Part shown: one piece after another, positions 28,708-41,994 of the stretch
Layout of the letters: every line of letters begins with the position of its first letter
Position numbering within the stretch: the first letter of the stretch is position 1
Assembly (NCBI GenBank): GCA_021613535.1
Contig: CP075494.1
Coordinates: 5,952,001-6,016,000 of the forward strand
Source: Adineta vaga
Lineage: Eukaryota; Animalia; Rotifera
Reading direction: 5' to 3'
DNA: 64,000 nucleotides
The notes under the pieces: generated by a model
What the model saw: the letters and a program-made list of their open reading frames with translations, nothing else
The model's database searches: none
Told to the model about the DNA's origin: nothing
Position numbers and translations under genes: made by a program

Positions 28708-30678
28708 ATGTCGTTGACAATTCCATCATCTGATTACATGCGTCGACGTCGAAATAGGTAAATAGAACAACTTTACTATTTACTGTCTTTTCTGAAATAT
28801 TCTTTTTCTCGAGATATATTCATTTTAATTGAAGGTCAAATAGACCTGATAAAAACGTTGATGTTAAGTTGTCGAAAAAATATGCTTATTTTCTCTATTT
28901 AATTAAGTGACATGGCAAGTGATATTTCATCGATTGCTTCGTCACATTCGAAAGCAATTCCAATGAGTCGAATATCGGAAAATAATCTATCGACTAGTCC
29001 AACGAAATCTCAACAATTTTCAGCACAAAACGATGATAATAATTCACATTCCAATAGAAAACAACCAGATTCACCAAGGAAAGCCAATGGATCTTGGCAA
29101 AAACACTCGACACCAACACATGCTGTTCCTCAAACAGCACAATCACATTATCGTCCTGGCCAACGTGATCTTTCACCAACGAGAGGACGATCGAATACAG
29201 ATGTTCAATCTTTCCTATCTCTATCAAATAATCTTAAACAACAACATCTACTAATGAATAATGGTATAGGTAGCGATCGAGCTATTAACCATCATCAACA
29301 AGTTCATCCGAAACCCAAATGCACCTTACCACCGACATCATCAGGTCAACCAGGTTATGTAGCACCATCGAAACTATTCAATATGATGGCATATGGTTTA
29401 CAAAATCAGTATTTATTTATGCTTTCACATTACTTATATATTATCGATTGTCGAACAAGAGATCAATTTAATGAGAGTCATATTATTACGGGTAAGAGTA
29501 TTTCACATCATCATCATGAGAACAGATTTTCTTTCTTTGATTAAATAAACATCCTCAGTGTTCTTTCTTTTTTTGCACATTTCTAATTTAACAAATGCGC
29601 ATATAACATGCCTGGCATGTTCCTGGAAGCAGCACGTTTTAAAATTCTTTTTGTATTCTATAAATGAATGAATGAATGATTTACGTCGATGAAACTACGA
29701 GAAAAAGAACCGATAGCAATAATTTGATTTCATTTGATTAAAATAAATAGACTTCGACATTGTTTTTATTTTGAAGATGCGTGGGTTGTTGGGCGGGTAT
29801 TTGACATTGATTAAAATTATTTCTTTATTTATATTCTGAGTACATCAAAGTTCTACCAATGATTTTGTTTTTCATTTAGCCATTCATTGGGAAGATGCAT
29901 TAAATGGTTCAGTTTACATATCTATTGTAGAACGATTTAGTGAGATTGTTCTATATGATAACGAAGGCATTTTCTTCAATACTTCAACAGAAATGAGCCG
30001 TATTATCAATCGTTTTTCTAAAGCTGGTTCAAAAATATGTTTAATATTGAGTGGTGGTTTTCAAGCATTTCATACATCATTTCCATTTGTTTGTACGAAA
30101 TCGGATATACGTACAGCTGTTGATCGAGAAAAATTCTTAACAATATATCCATCCGTAATTCTTGATAATCAACTTTATCTTGGTATAAAACATTTGTTTA
30201 TCTTTTGTTTTGTCTTTGAATCAAATCAATTCTTTATTACATAGGTACTGGTCATCAAGCGACGAATTGGAAAGTTGTTCGTGATTTACAAATCACTCAT
30301 ATCATCAATATATCTTATGAGCATCAATGTCTTTTTCCGGATAAGATTAAATATCTTCATTTACAATTAGAAGATATGGAAGATGTTCAACTTAAAAATC
30401 GTTTTCACGAAACAATTCAATTTATGACAATAGCGTTTGAAAATTCTTCAAGTCGAATTCTTGTTCATTGTAATCTAGGTATTTCAAGATCAACGACAGT
30501 GACGCTGGCTTATTTAATGAAAACATATAATGCAACATTATCTGAAGCATTTAAATTTGTTCGTAATCGACGACCTATTATTTGTCCAAATCTTGGTTTT
30601 CTTCGTCAATTAATTGATTATGAATATGAACTTTTTGGTCATACATTTTCTGATTTGAGAGAGCCAATCTTTCATTAA
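28708..30678 (+). CDS. Rhodanese + dual-specificity phosphatase, STYXL1/MK-STYX-like, catalytic Cys present
   Basis: Rhodanese part IIDCRTRDQFNESHIITA...LSGGFQAF; DSP part YPSVILDNQLYLG, VHCNLGISRS, AYLM, ICPNLGFLRQL. First exon 28708-28757 joins in frame to MASDIS. Confidence 0.88.
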
Positions 30679-30968
30679 TCAAAATGACAAAATGATTTTC
30701 ATTTTTCTTCCTTTTTTTAAACGAACATATTTGTCACGGTATCTATCTGTGTGTTTTCGTCTTTTATTTTTATATTTTCATCCTGGTGCACTCTTCTTTT
30801 CATATTTAACTTGTTATGTTGCTAGTTGATAAGCACCGAATAAATTATGCATCTGTGCAGTCATATTGATTCTAATTGATTGATTATTAGAAACAAGGTG
30901 GAACCATGTTCATTCTATATATAAATCTTGATAATTTCTCCAACAATATCATTCATACAAACTTCAAC

Positions 30969-32072
30969 ATGGCGGTAAGCACTCGTTTGTTTCATTGAGA
31001 CTGTTTTTAGTAAATGCAAGGTTCCTATCATTGAGATAATAGATGTCTTTCTCGATTAAACATATCATCATATAGCTAATTGTTTGTTTGACGTACATGT
31101 GTATACATGATTGTCTGTAATATTTGACGAATATTCTTTAACCAATTAAGAAATCAAGAATCGAATTTGACAAGTGATCAATGTCTTAATTGGAAAAGCG
31201 TTTTATATTGTTTGATAATATCGTCATCATTTGGTTAATCATAATGATCTTGTCTTTCTCTTACAGAGAGAAAATAATAATGTTTTTTTTTCTCGTAATA
31301 TCATTTCATATTATTTATTCTTATAGGTTGCTGTTATGTCTCATCAACTTCATTCCTTATCTCCATTCTTTTCATCACCGATTATTCGTCATAAACATCG
31401 AATGAATTCGAAAAATACTTCAGTTGTTAAAAATCTTGAAAATCTTTTTAATGAACAATCGTCATTGCCATTAGTTAAACGTTCATCACATCCTGATCTT
31501 CAACGAATTTCATCACAAACAGTAATATTTCTATCACATATTTATCCAAAAGTTTCCTAATGTACTTGTTCTCTTTATAGCTTGCAGCACTACTCGACGA
31601 ACCATCGACAAATTTATGTATTATTGATGCTCGTTATCCATTTGAATATTCTGGTGGTCATATTCGAATAGCTGAAAATGTTTATACGGAAAATGATCTA
31701 CGTTTATTATTTTCAAAATTAATAACATCTTCATCGCGTCCGTCGATGATTATATTTCATTGTGAATTTTCTTCGGAGCGTGGTCCACGTCTTTGTCGTT
31801 TATTTCGTTCATTGGATCGTCAATATAATATGTCAAATTATCCATATTTATCATTTCCATCCGTCTATTTACTTGACGGTGGTTATGCTGATTTCTATAA
31901 TCACACAATTTGTCGACAACATTGTCAACCAAATGGATATACTTCAATGTTCGAACAAGAATTCAGTCAGGAATTAAAAATTCATCGTCATACAAAAAAA
32001 GTTGCAAATGGAAAAATGCTATCAAAGAAATTAATCGAACAACAAGGTCCTATTCAGTTCTGTATGTCATAA
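30969..32072 (+). CDS. cdc25: Cdc25-family phosphatase, short form
   Basis: IIDARYPFEYSGGHI, HCEFSSERGP active site, YLLDGGYADF, CQPNGY. Probable 2-codon first coding exon ATG GCG|gtaagc at 30969, in frame with the exon starting 31327. Confidence 0.92.
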
Positions 32073-34696
32073 AAATGTTTTAATCAATGGAATGCTTTCA
32101 GTTTTAACTTAAAATAAATGTAAATAAAGAGTATCTTGTTTGATTGGTAGTGCAGTACGAGGATTCGCTGATTTGTTCTTCCATTTATTTCGATACTTAA
32201 AGCATCTTCAAGCTTTCCCAAGTAGTTGTTAGTTTACGAATGTGATTTGAAGATTAATTGATGATTATGATTGGATTTGTCAGAAAAAGAATTTGTTCAT
32301 GATTGAAGAAAATGGAAATGAAATTGTTTGTGAACGACAACAAAGAGAATAAATAGATTGATGCTCTATGAAAGTTAAAGAAAGACTATTTCGCTCGAGC
32401 AAAAATAAGTAATCAAATGATAGAATTCAACCAGAAAAATTCATTTCATGGCTAATTATCTATTCGATCAATCAATGAAATTGTTACAAAGTACGCATAA
32501 GTCCAAAACAAGTTTGTCAGAGAACGAAATGTTTATGATAATAATTGATCAATTAAAAAAAGGAATAATGTAGAAGATTCTTTACTTCGTTGATACTATT
32601 CGATTGTGTATAATGTCTTGATAGCATGGAGAAAATAACTCTTTCAAAGTTTATTCTATCCGACCTACAGATATATTTGTTTCTCTTCTAGCTTGTCGAT
32701 TTTCTTTCTTCTTGTTTACCTCGAAATGTTATTTGTTACTGAGTAATAGATTTCTTGTATGTTCCCATTAACAGTCTAGTCGGTGTGTTTCCAAGTTCGA
32801 ACATAGATTACTAAATAACGAGAAAGAAACTAACCAAGGCTGTCGAGTTCTTTTTTCGATGATAGTAAGTTGTATAGAATAAGTAGAAGAGAAGAAAAGT
32901 CTTTTGTTCAAACTTCATCGATTGATAGTCAGAAGATTCTTAATGTGCTCGACATGACATCTCTTTTTCTGTGTAATTACACTGCATGATTCTGTTTTAT
33001 GTATATTGACAAGTCTGTGGGATGGAAAATCGGTTAACATAAAGCTCTATACGCATAACAGTACACCTCATTTACATCTGTATAACATCGAGAGAAATAT
33101 TCGCATTGTTGGTAATGATGATGATAATAATGACAATGAATGTAACCTTGGTCGTGAACTGAGAAAGTGCTATTGAGCATGCACACTAGGAGAGATGAAG
33201 CTCGTGTTACTTCGCTAGTTCCTTCCATCTGGAATGATGCAATCTATTTATATTGACCTCTCTAGTATTATAGTTCTATATATTATTTATAACTTATTGT
33301 TTCCATGCGTATTGTAGAGAATAAGTAGAAATAAATGCTTAGCGTTAATTCGGAATGACATTCCACTTTAGAATTGTATTTTCTTTTTTGACATAGAAAG
33401 CAATCCCAAAGGACATATTAATTGCTTGAGATATAACAATCAAAAGAGGGAGAAGACGAAGAAGAAGAACAAAAGAGTGTCTACGATCATTAAACAAATA
33501 TACATTCACAATAAGAGAAATCTAAATGTTCTCTCTGGTAAGATTAGCTAACGTTATTATTATATTATTCAGATTCTCTTCTAATATAAACATACATGTT
33601 TTTGTGTAGTCCTTTCTTCTTTTACGTCTTTCTTTTTTATAGTAGATCAATATACATAGGAGAAATGATAACTGAACAATAACATTCTTCCTTGAATTTA
33701 TCGATTTCTCTTTGTGCCTCTGTTTCTTTTTTTGTCTTCATTACAATCGAAACAGTTCGAACATAAATAGCGTTCGTTTTCCAACACAACAGGTGTATGT
33801 ATATTCCTCTCAAATTTCTCTTAAGTTTCTATCATTGTCTTCATGTACATAGATTGTATTATATTGTCCTAGTCAAAACAACTATACAAGGCGAACAATG
33901 ATGAGAGATAGGTCTACTATCAGATAACAGCATAATAAAAGGATAGGATTCTCTAGATATATACATATCTTAACATCGAAAACAACAATATTATTTCTTC
34001 GTAATAAGGAAAATGACAATAACAAAATCTAGAAATCATACTGAGGTATATATATATATATATTGTTACTTGACTAATGAGAGAATAATGAACACTGTGC
34101 AAGTAAATATTTTCTAAAAAGTTTATCCAATAATCGTAACTGAACTTGCTTATTTTTACTTTTCTTATTTGAGTAAGAAAACAGTAAGCTTCTTTTTTTA
34201 CATTATCATTAGAATAAAAACTGTCTAAGCTTTTTGCCATTCTTCTTCTTCTTTTTTTTGTTCTCTCTGTGTATGTCATTGCAATCGGTTAATTCAGTTT
34301 TGTTATGCGAGTGGTACGCTTTATTCTCTCCCATTGTTGATGTTTGATGAAGAACATAATATATTCGAGTGATGAAAGTTTGCTTGTATTTTTGGCTGTT
34401 TCGATAAGTTAGAATGTACTTTAGACTCGTTAATCATAATTATATTATATGATGTTCGACTCGGTTTTTTTCCTTCTTTTTCTGCTGCTCGTTTTTCAAA
34501 TAGATAATGTAATCAATAGATATTCGTCATTTTGATGATGTTGAGATAATAAAAGCGAATATGTGTAATTACTCTCGAAGAACATGTCACATTTACTTGA
34601 TACTATATATACATATATAGATTTATTTTGCTTTATATGTTTGTATAATTTTAGAAATGAGTTAATATGTAATACAAAAATGATTAATTGACAATC

Positions 34697-36070
34697 ATGA
34701 ATTGTTCGGAGAGAGAAGAAATAGCACGTCAAATTGAATTATATACCTATCCAGTTTTACTCGGAATTGGAACAATTGGAAATCTTTTATCATTAATAGT
34801 TTTAGTACAAATGCGACAACATAGTGTCTATCGATATTTAACATTTATGTCTATTGCTGATACAATTGTTCTATATATTGGTTTATTACGTGAATTACTT
34901 CTATCATCGAATCTTCATATACATATTCAAGGAACATTATTATGTAAATTACATGTTTTCTTTTTCTAGTAAGTTGATTTCATTTGAAAAATATCGATTC
35001 AAATGATTTCTATATTCTATTCTAGTAATACACTTCATTTATCATCCTGGTTTCGTTGTTGTTTAAATTTGGATCGTTATGTTGCTGTTAAATTTCCTAT
35101 TTTTACTTCGAAATGGTGTCGTACACGGCAAGCAACAATTAATTCAAGCATTGTTTTAACTATTTTTTCTTTATCAAATATTCATCTATTAATATTTGTT
35201 CAAGGTGGAAATAGTTCTATTTCTGATTCAAATCGTTCAACAGTAAATCCATTCCAATATCAACAATGTTATTTACATGATAATTATGTTTATTTTTTCG
35301 AACGAATTTATACATGGATCGATATGTTTCTTGTAACAATAATCCCATTTATCTTTATTATACTTTGTAATTTAACAGTTATTAATCGTGTATTTCTTGT
35401 TTCAAATTCAAGTAAAAAAACTGAATTAGTAAGTCGATCAAAAGCAACGAATCGTTTACGTTCTTTATGTTTAATGATGATATGTTCATCATTTGTTTTT
35501 GTTGCAACAACATTACCTGTGACAGCATTTATTATTGATTTATTATCGAATAAAGTTTCAATTGATTTAATACGTTGTCGACGAATTCAATGGACTATTT
35601 ATAATATTTTAATGTATTTTAATTATGCAAGTATCTTAAGTTATTGTATATCGGGTACAGAATTTCGTCATGTTTTAATGAAAACGATTCGTTTAAAAAC
35701 GAAATCAAGTTTAGTTTCTATTCTTCATACTGATATGATGAATGCTGTTAATCATCGTCGAACATCAACACCTCAACAATCTCATCGAATATTTACTGAT
35801 CAAGAAGATAAACAACGTTATCGTTCATTATCTGTTAGTATTATACCAGTGATGAAAATTAATAAGGATCAAAATTTAGTGAAATTAAATTATAATAATA
35901 CGAAATATTTAGATATACAACAACCAAATTATCAAAGAAATTATAGACATTCATGTACAAGTCAAACGAACTGTGGTGGATTAACACCATCATCAACAAT
36001 GCATAATCCACGAGAGACTGGATGGAGATCGAGTTTTTTATTAAATAATCATACAAATGATGATAAATAA
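34697..36070 (+). CDS. Rhodopsin-class peptide GPCR (FMRFamide/myosuppressin-receptor-like group)
   Basis: GTIGNLLSLIVL, YLTFMSIADT, LCKLHVF, LDRYVAVKFP, TM5 IIPFIFIILCN, TM7 YCISGTEFR. One ~57-bp intron at ~34969-35025. Confidence 0.87.
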
Positions 36071-36477
36071 TTATGTACATAGTAAAAATCAGAAGATAGT
36101 TGTTAATGATAAATAAAGTTTTGTGAATTGATTCATATGAATGTGAAATGTTTATTTAACCTTTTCCGCTTTTTTTCACTTATTTCTTATGCATGATAAT
36201 TCTGTACATATAATGTGTCAATGAACTATCGTAAGCGTAAAAAGAATAATCTGACATATATCTGAGTTAGAACTATGAATAACATCTAGAGATTTTGCTT
36301 AATCTCTACAGTAACGTACTTACGATGCTATCATCTATTAAGCACTTATAACTGTTGCAATATGTAATATTCAAATGTTATATAATGCTTTTATTTAGTT
36401 CTTAATATTATTGGATAGAAAAAGATACAAAACGAGCTTTTGTTGTTGTTGTTGTTGTTATTGTAAAAACAAGAATT

Positions 36478-37683
36478 TTATTCGTTCGTTTGTTTATATG
36501 TAATTGAAGTCATATTATTTGTTGAACTATCCCATGCTGCTTCAAGTACAGCCATTGTTTTCAATGCATCTGCAATATCAGTTGTAGGTCGATCATTCTC
36601 ATTTTCATATCGACGTATAGCTGCAGCCATGGGCCCAATAAATGCATGTGGAAATCGATTTCGTTTTTGTAAATCAATGTCAACCCATTCACCATTCGTT
36701 ACTTTATCCGAACAAATCTATAACGAGAAGAAAAAACGAAATTCAATGATACTTTTCTCAAAAGTCAATGAAAATATTACTTGAAGAGAATCGATTTGTT
36801 TTCCTTCTGTACTTTCTCCATAGGAGAGATTATCACCAATTTGTGCTCTAGCTGCACCTTGTGTACCTTCTACAAGTAAATAGGAGTTAGTATGATTTTT
36901 GCCCCATCGATGATGATGATTTGTATAGATATTAACATATAACATAGGATCATGGTCATATCGGAAGGAATAGGATGAGCGAACAGGTGTTAAATGAGGC
37001 ATTGCTATATGTTGACTTGATCGACAATGTACCGCACTAGGATCATAGGGTGCTAATAGATCACGTACTAAATCTACGTAATGTATTGAATGATAAATGA
37101 TTTCAAGACGTGGTGCCGATGCCAAAAATGGCCATGATGTCCATGCTGTATGAACATTAACATGAATTTCAACTGTTGTTAATCGATCGCCTAACCAACC
37201 GCGATGAATAGCATCTTTAAGAGCAAGAATATAAGGTGCATAACGAAGTTGAAAATTAATTGAACCATGAATATGACGTTCTTTACAAATATCAACAATT
37301 GCTTGAGCTTCACTTAAATTTTCACCCATTGGTTTTTGAATAAGTACATGAGAATTGATAGGAATATGTTTAAGGATTGGTATAATCTGTTTTGATGGTA
37401 CAGCTAAATCATAGATTACATTCTCAGTCGATGATGATGCACATGCCTCATCGATTGTATTATATACATTTGGAATATCCCATCTTTTTGCTACATCAAA
37501 TGCTTTATGGCGATCAACATCGAATATACCTTTGACAGGAAATCCAGCTAATTTATATGCTGATAAATGTCCAAGAGTAACAATGGCACCAGCACCAATC
37601 GAGACAATTGGTAATGCATGTGGATTTTTTGGCAACGATGGAATTACATTCAATGGTGGAGAATGTGAAAGATACTGTTTCAT
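36478..37683 (-). CDS. Gfo/Idh/MocA-family NAD(P)-dependent oxidoreductase, bacterial-like
   Basis: Rossmann IGAGAIVTLGHL, VLIQKPMG, INFQLRYAP, YHSIHYVD, C-terminal FPHAFIGPM...DALKTMAVLEAAW. One coding intron 36718-36780. Confidence 0.9.
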
Positions 37684-38244
37684 TTTCAAATCTTTTCTCT
37701 CTTTTGTTAACTTCACTAAATGATTACATATGACGAAGAGGAAGAAAAAAGTAAATGAAATAATTTATCTTATCGAATTTGAAACGTAGCTATACAATAG
37801 TATAGGGAGATTAAATAGAACGAAGAAGAATTGATGTAAAAGATTGATAACACAATCCTAATTGTTTGAAACATTCTTGATGTAATAAACGAAAGATATC
37901 GTGAAGAATGACTAGTATCAAACAGTGTGTTCAATGTTTTATAACTTACCTTTTTTTCAAATGATGTTGATAAAATGAAAGAGGTTAAGGTCACGAGTAT
38001 GACATAGAAACATGTGATAAATCACTTGAATAGAAAGCACACACGTTTCGTAAAAGATATTGCTGTCTTTCTAATCATTAAGTGATCATAAAATATTAAT
38101 AATTCTCTACAAACGGTAAGACTGACTATAAACAAGTGTGTCATTGTATGATGCAAACTTTCTTTTACAATCTAAGTAAGTATGCGTATAATTTATTGAA
38201 GAGATATATCTCGCTAACTACAAATAGGAAGAATCATGCAATTG

Positions 38245-41200
38245 TTACAAGTTTTTCTTGATTTCATCAATAAGTAAATCAACTTGAGTATTATTTAAAC
38301 CGAAAGTAAGCAGTTGTTTACGTCCCTTTGCGACGACTGCATACCAAAGATTCTTATCGTTGACATGTCTTGATTCAAGTATAGCAATAGCAATGGCTGT
38401 CGAAAGAGCATCTTTGTTTTGAGTAACAGTCGATCTGAAGGCACTCAATGATTTACCATGAGTTAATTTTTTGATGTCATCATCATTTAATTTCCAAGCA
38501 CCATTGAATGATTGTTGATCAATAAACCAGCGAACGGGATCTTGAGATAAGAGTGAACCAGCAGTGGTAGTAAAGACAGGTGCCGATTCGTCATCAAAAC
38601 TGCTCACATCAGCACTAGATCCAGGTGGTCCAAAACGATTGAATTGGCTAGTTGAAGCAGCAAAATGAGGTGACTTAAATCTAAATATGAGATACAAGGA
38701 AAAACCGAGTTATACACAAATCTCTGTAGAGAGCATATATCCATCTATTTAGCGAAGAGTATTCAAAGTAACTTGAACGTTTTAATGATTTCGAAATTGG
38801 ATTCAAATAATACAACCATTCTATATTTAGTTTCAAAAGAAAATGAATAGGAAAACACTTACTTGCTTGCACGAAATAGAGGTTGTGAATAGTGTCTTAT
38901 TCCTTGGATACCAGGAGGTGGAGGACCATATGCCATCATAGGTATTGGTGCCATCTGATTATTCTGATGGAAAGCGAATGCTGGTGAAGAATGAAATAAA
39001 TGTTCATCACCTTTGGAAATTTGGATCGGAACATGACGAACAATAGATTGTGTATTGTTATTTTTTGGACTGCTACTTTCAACACCAACGAAAGCTGTAT
39101 AAGGCGATAATATTTGATGATCTAATGATAATCTCATAATACGCTCTTCAAGTACTGAATTATTCCTACGATACAAAACAAGAAAGAACACATATTAAAT
39201 ATCGCCATTGTCTGTTCTTCTAATACATACTTTTGCTTTTCTTCATTGTAATTCTTATGTTGTAATTCTTGTATCAATGCTTTTGCTGCTAATCGACGAA
39301 TTGTATCTCTCTTATGTATTGCATTACCAGATAATTTAATTGAACTAATTTTATGTTGTCCAACTATGAGATCTACACTAACATTATTTTTTTGGATTTC
39401 GTTATTTTGAAATAATTCATAAACTAAGATACGATCATTAATATAAAGTGGAGGAATAGTTTCTGGTGCTTGTGAACCATTTGTAGATATACCATGCCAT
39501 TCAAGACGAGCATTAACTAATGATGGTTGAAGAGCTCGACCTAATTGACTACCAACATAAGTATCAACTTTAACATTTGGTGGAACAAATACAAAATGAC
39601 CGTTTGTAGCTCGAGCAAGTCCTTTGACAAGAGAACGAGATGGTGAATGACCGAGACCAAATGAAAATATACGAGTAGTCGAAGACATCGAACGACATAA
39701 TTCAATTACCTGTAATAAAATAGAAGAACAAGAAGATATTTGATTACATACAATGATACTTCGATATTCATCTAAGCTTGCTTACTTGATTTGTATTTGA
39801 AATTTCACCATCAGTCAAAAGAAAGATTTGTCGTGATCGATCATGAGTTGGTGGATGATTTTTCAAATATTCCAAAGGTGCTAATAATTCTGTTCCACCT
39901 AAATCTGCTTCCATTGAACGTGTTAGTCTTTCGGCTTTCTGTGCAGTTTTTTCATTATAGATAACTGTCAATACTTCATCTTTGAATAGAATATCGAAAG
40001 ATGATCCAAAGCGAATAATATTAAAACGCGAACCAACAGGTAAACTACGAATGAAAAGTAGCATAGCTTCTCTGGCAAGATCAATACCATTCGCTTCCGT
40101 CATTGAACCAGAACAATCAACTAAAAAAAACAAATGAACATATTATTTCTTAGTTGTTACATTTCAAATCGAATATTTACCGATAAATATGAATTCTGTA
40201 TTTGTTTCATCATGTCCATTGGAAACTTTCAAAAAATCTGCCAAACTTGGAGTAAATGCAAGTAGAACCGCATATTGTGAACTTTGATTATATTGTTCGA
40301 TAGACACGTATGTTGATGATCGATTGGCTGGTAAATCAACATCCAAAATAATATCACGATCAAGAGCAATAGCTTCCATCGATATATCAATGGATTCACG
40401 TGTCAGACTAACATTGACTGGATGTGAAAGATTAGCGACTTGTGCAATTTTATCTACAAAAACACGCATGAGAATCATCTAGATATTATTTTGTCTAAAT
40501 TTACTTTGTTCACTGCGAAGTACATGAGCTCGAAAATACATCGAATATGGTGTCTTTTGAACATATTCTGTATTTGTTTTATCAGGTGATTGTAAGTGAC
40601 CCAATGATGGATTATATCGTGGAGCAATAGTAGTTGGAACAACAAATCGAATAGCATTACCATCGATCAAATCTAGTTCTGTAACATATTGAATTTTCAC
40701 TCGACATTCTTTACCAGGTGGTAAAGCACCAATATTAATCTAAATATTTAATCTGATTCGTATGTTTAGAAAAGGTTCAAATACGAACTGTAAATGTATC
40801 CAATGTTTCTTGACTTTGTCGTAATAAGACGGCTGTTTGGCCTTGTTGAACAGCTGTATCATATTCTTTTTCTGCTGTTTTCTTTTCTTTCAATACAGCT
40901 GTGATTGTTCGATCATCGATTTGTGCTGTGAACGAATGAACAGCCGCATTTTCCTATAAACAAAAATTTCGATACATGTTTTACCGTTTTCGATCTTTTG
41001 TTTTCTACCTCAATGGGAAATACGTAGATCGCTTCAATGGGATTTTCTTCTCGATTAACAAATACTTGAGTTAATGTGACATCGGCAGCAAATGAATCGA
41101 TCCAAGCTTCGATCGATACATTTCGAAGTGGAACATATGCTTTTTGAACTTCTCCAACGGGTGGTTTGAAAATAAGTCCAGTACATCGCGCCTCTTTATT

Positions 41201-41557
41201 GTCATCACGTGCAGATTGATGAATTGGTTTTGCTGTTAAACGAAGAGCAGATAATTTTGCTGGCACACTAAAAAATAAGTTTGAAGTAGATGGAAATTAA
41301 TTGAGAAGCTTTTTAATGTTTGCTTACGGTAACGAAACTACTACTCCATTCACACATCTCTTTCCTTTGAGACGATCAAATTTAACCTTGTTTTTGCCAC
41401 AAAAACATATGTGTTCACCATCTTTTGGTTTTTGACATCGACGATTACTTTTATTTTTGACAGATATTGATGATTTAGGTGTAGTTTCAGCTTGACATAT
41501 GATTGCAAAAATCGCAACAACTAATAAGGCAAAAAGCCCAAACGAATTGCGCCGCAT
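38245..41557 (-). CDS. VIT + vWA domain protein (VWA5A/ITIH-like) with N-terminal signal peptide and Cys-rich exon
   Basis: VIT (VPLRNVSIEA...PIEAIYVFPI, NIGALPPG, RFVVPTTIAPRY); vWA MIDAS VDCSGSM, LGGTEL, LLTDGE, FSFGLG; LSPYTAFV; QSFNGAW. Exon 1 (ORF 41324-41557) splices ..TTA CC|gtaagc...ttttag|T GTG CCA in frame. Confidence 0.88.
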
Positions 41558-41994
41558 AATAAATAAACAATTTCTAGTTCGTATCTATTTCAAACTTCTC
41601 TATTTATGTTCGCGAGATGCTTGATAGCTATCAACATTACACTGATAAGAATTTCCCATTCAAATATTTTTGACTCTAATGATTCATGTTGGAAAGAAAA
41701 GAATTGATTTGTTTTTTTTATCTATATCATTCTTATCATCATTGGTCAATGTTCGTTTGACTTATATAGACAGAAATAGTTGTTATCAATCATAGAATAA
41801 TTCTTTAATGAAAAATTTCTCTTGAGAAGAAAAATTACAGTCATGTTAATAACTTATCAACACATTCGATATATAAATATATAATTATCAGTAATCAATA
41901 GTACATAGTCCGATTTTACAACGTTTTTATTCAATGAAACAATAATAGCAAAAAAGATACTTGTATACAGTTATTTTGTAGTAGATAAAAAACA

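Noticed and set aside
29604-29623. Canonical p53 response element
   Set aside because: The two CATG cores are separated by 5 nt rather than 6; kept only as a palindrome.
33015-33021. TGTGGG hexamer (bdelloid telomeric unit)
   Set aside because: Single copy, no array.
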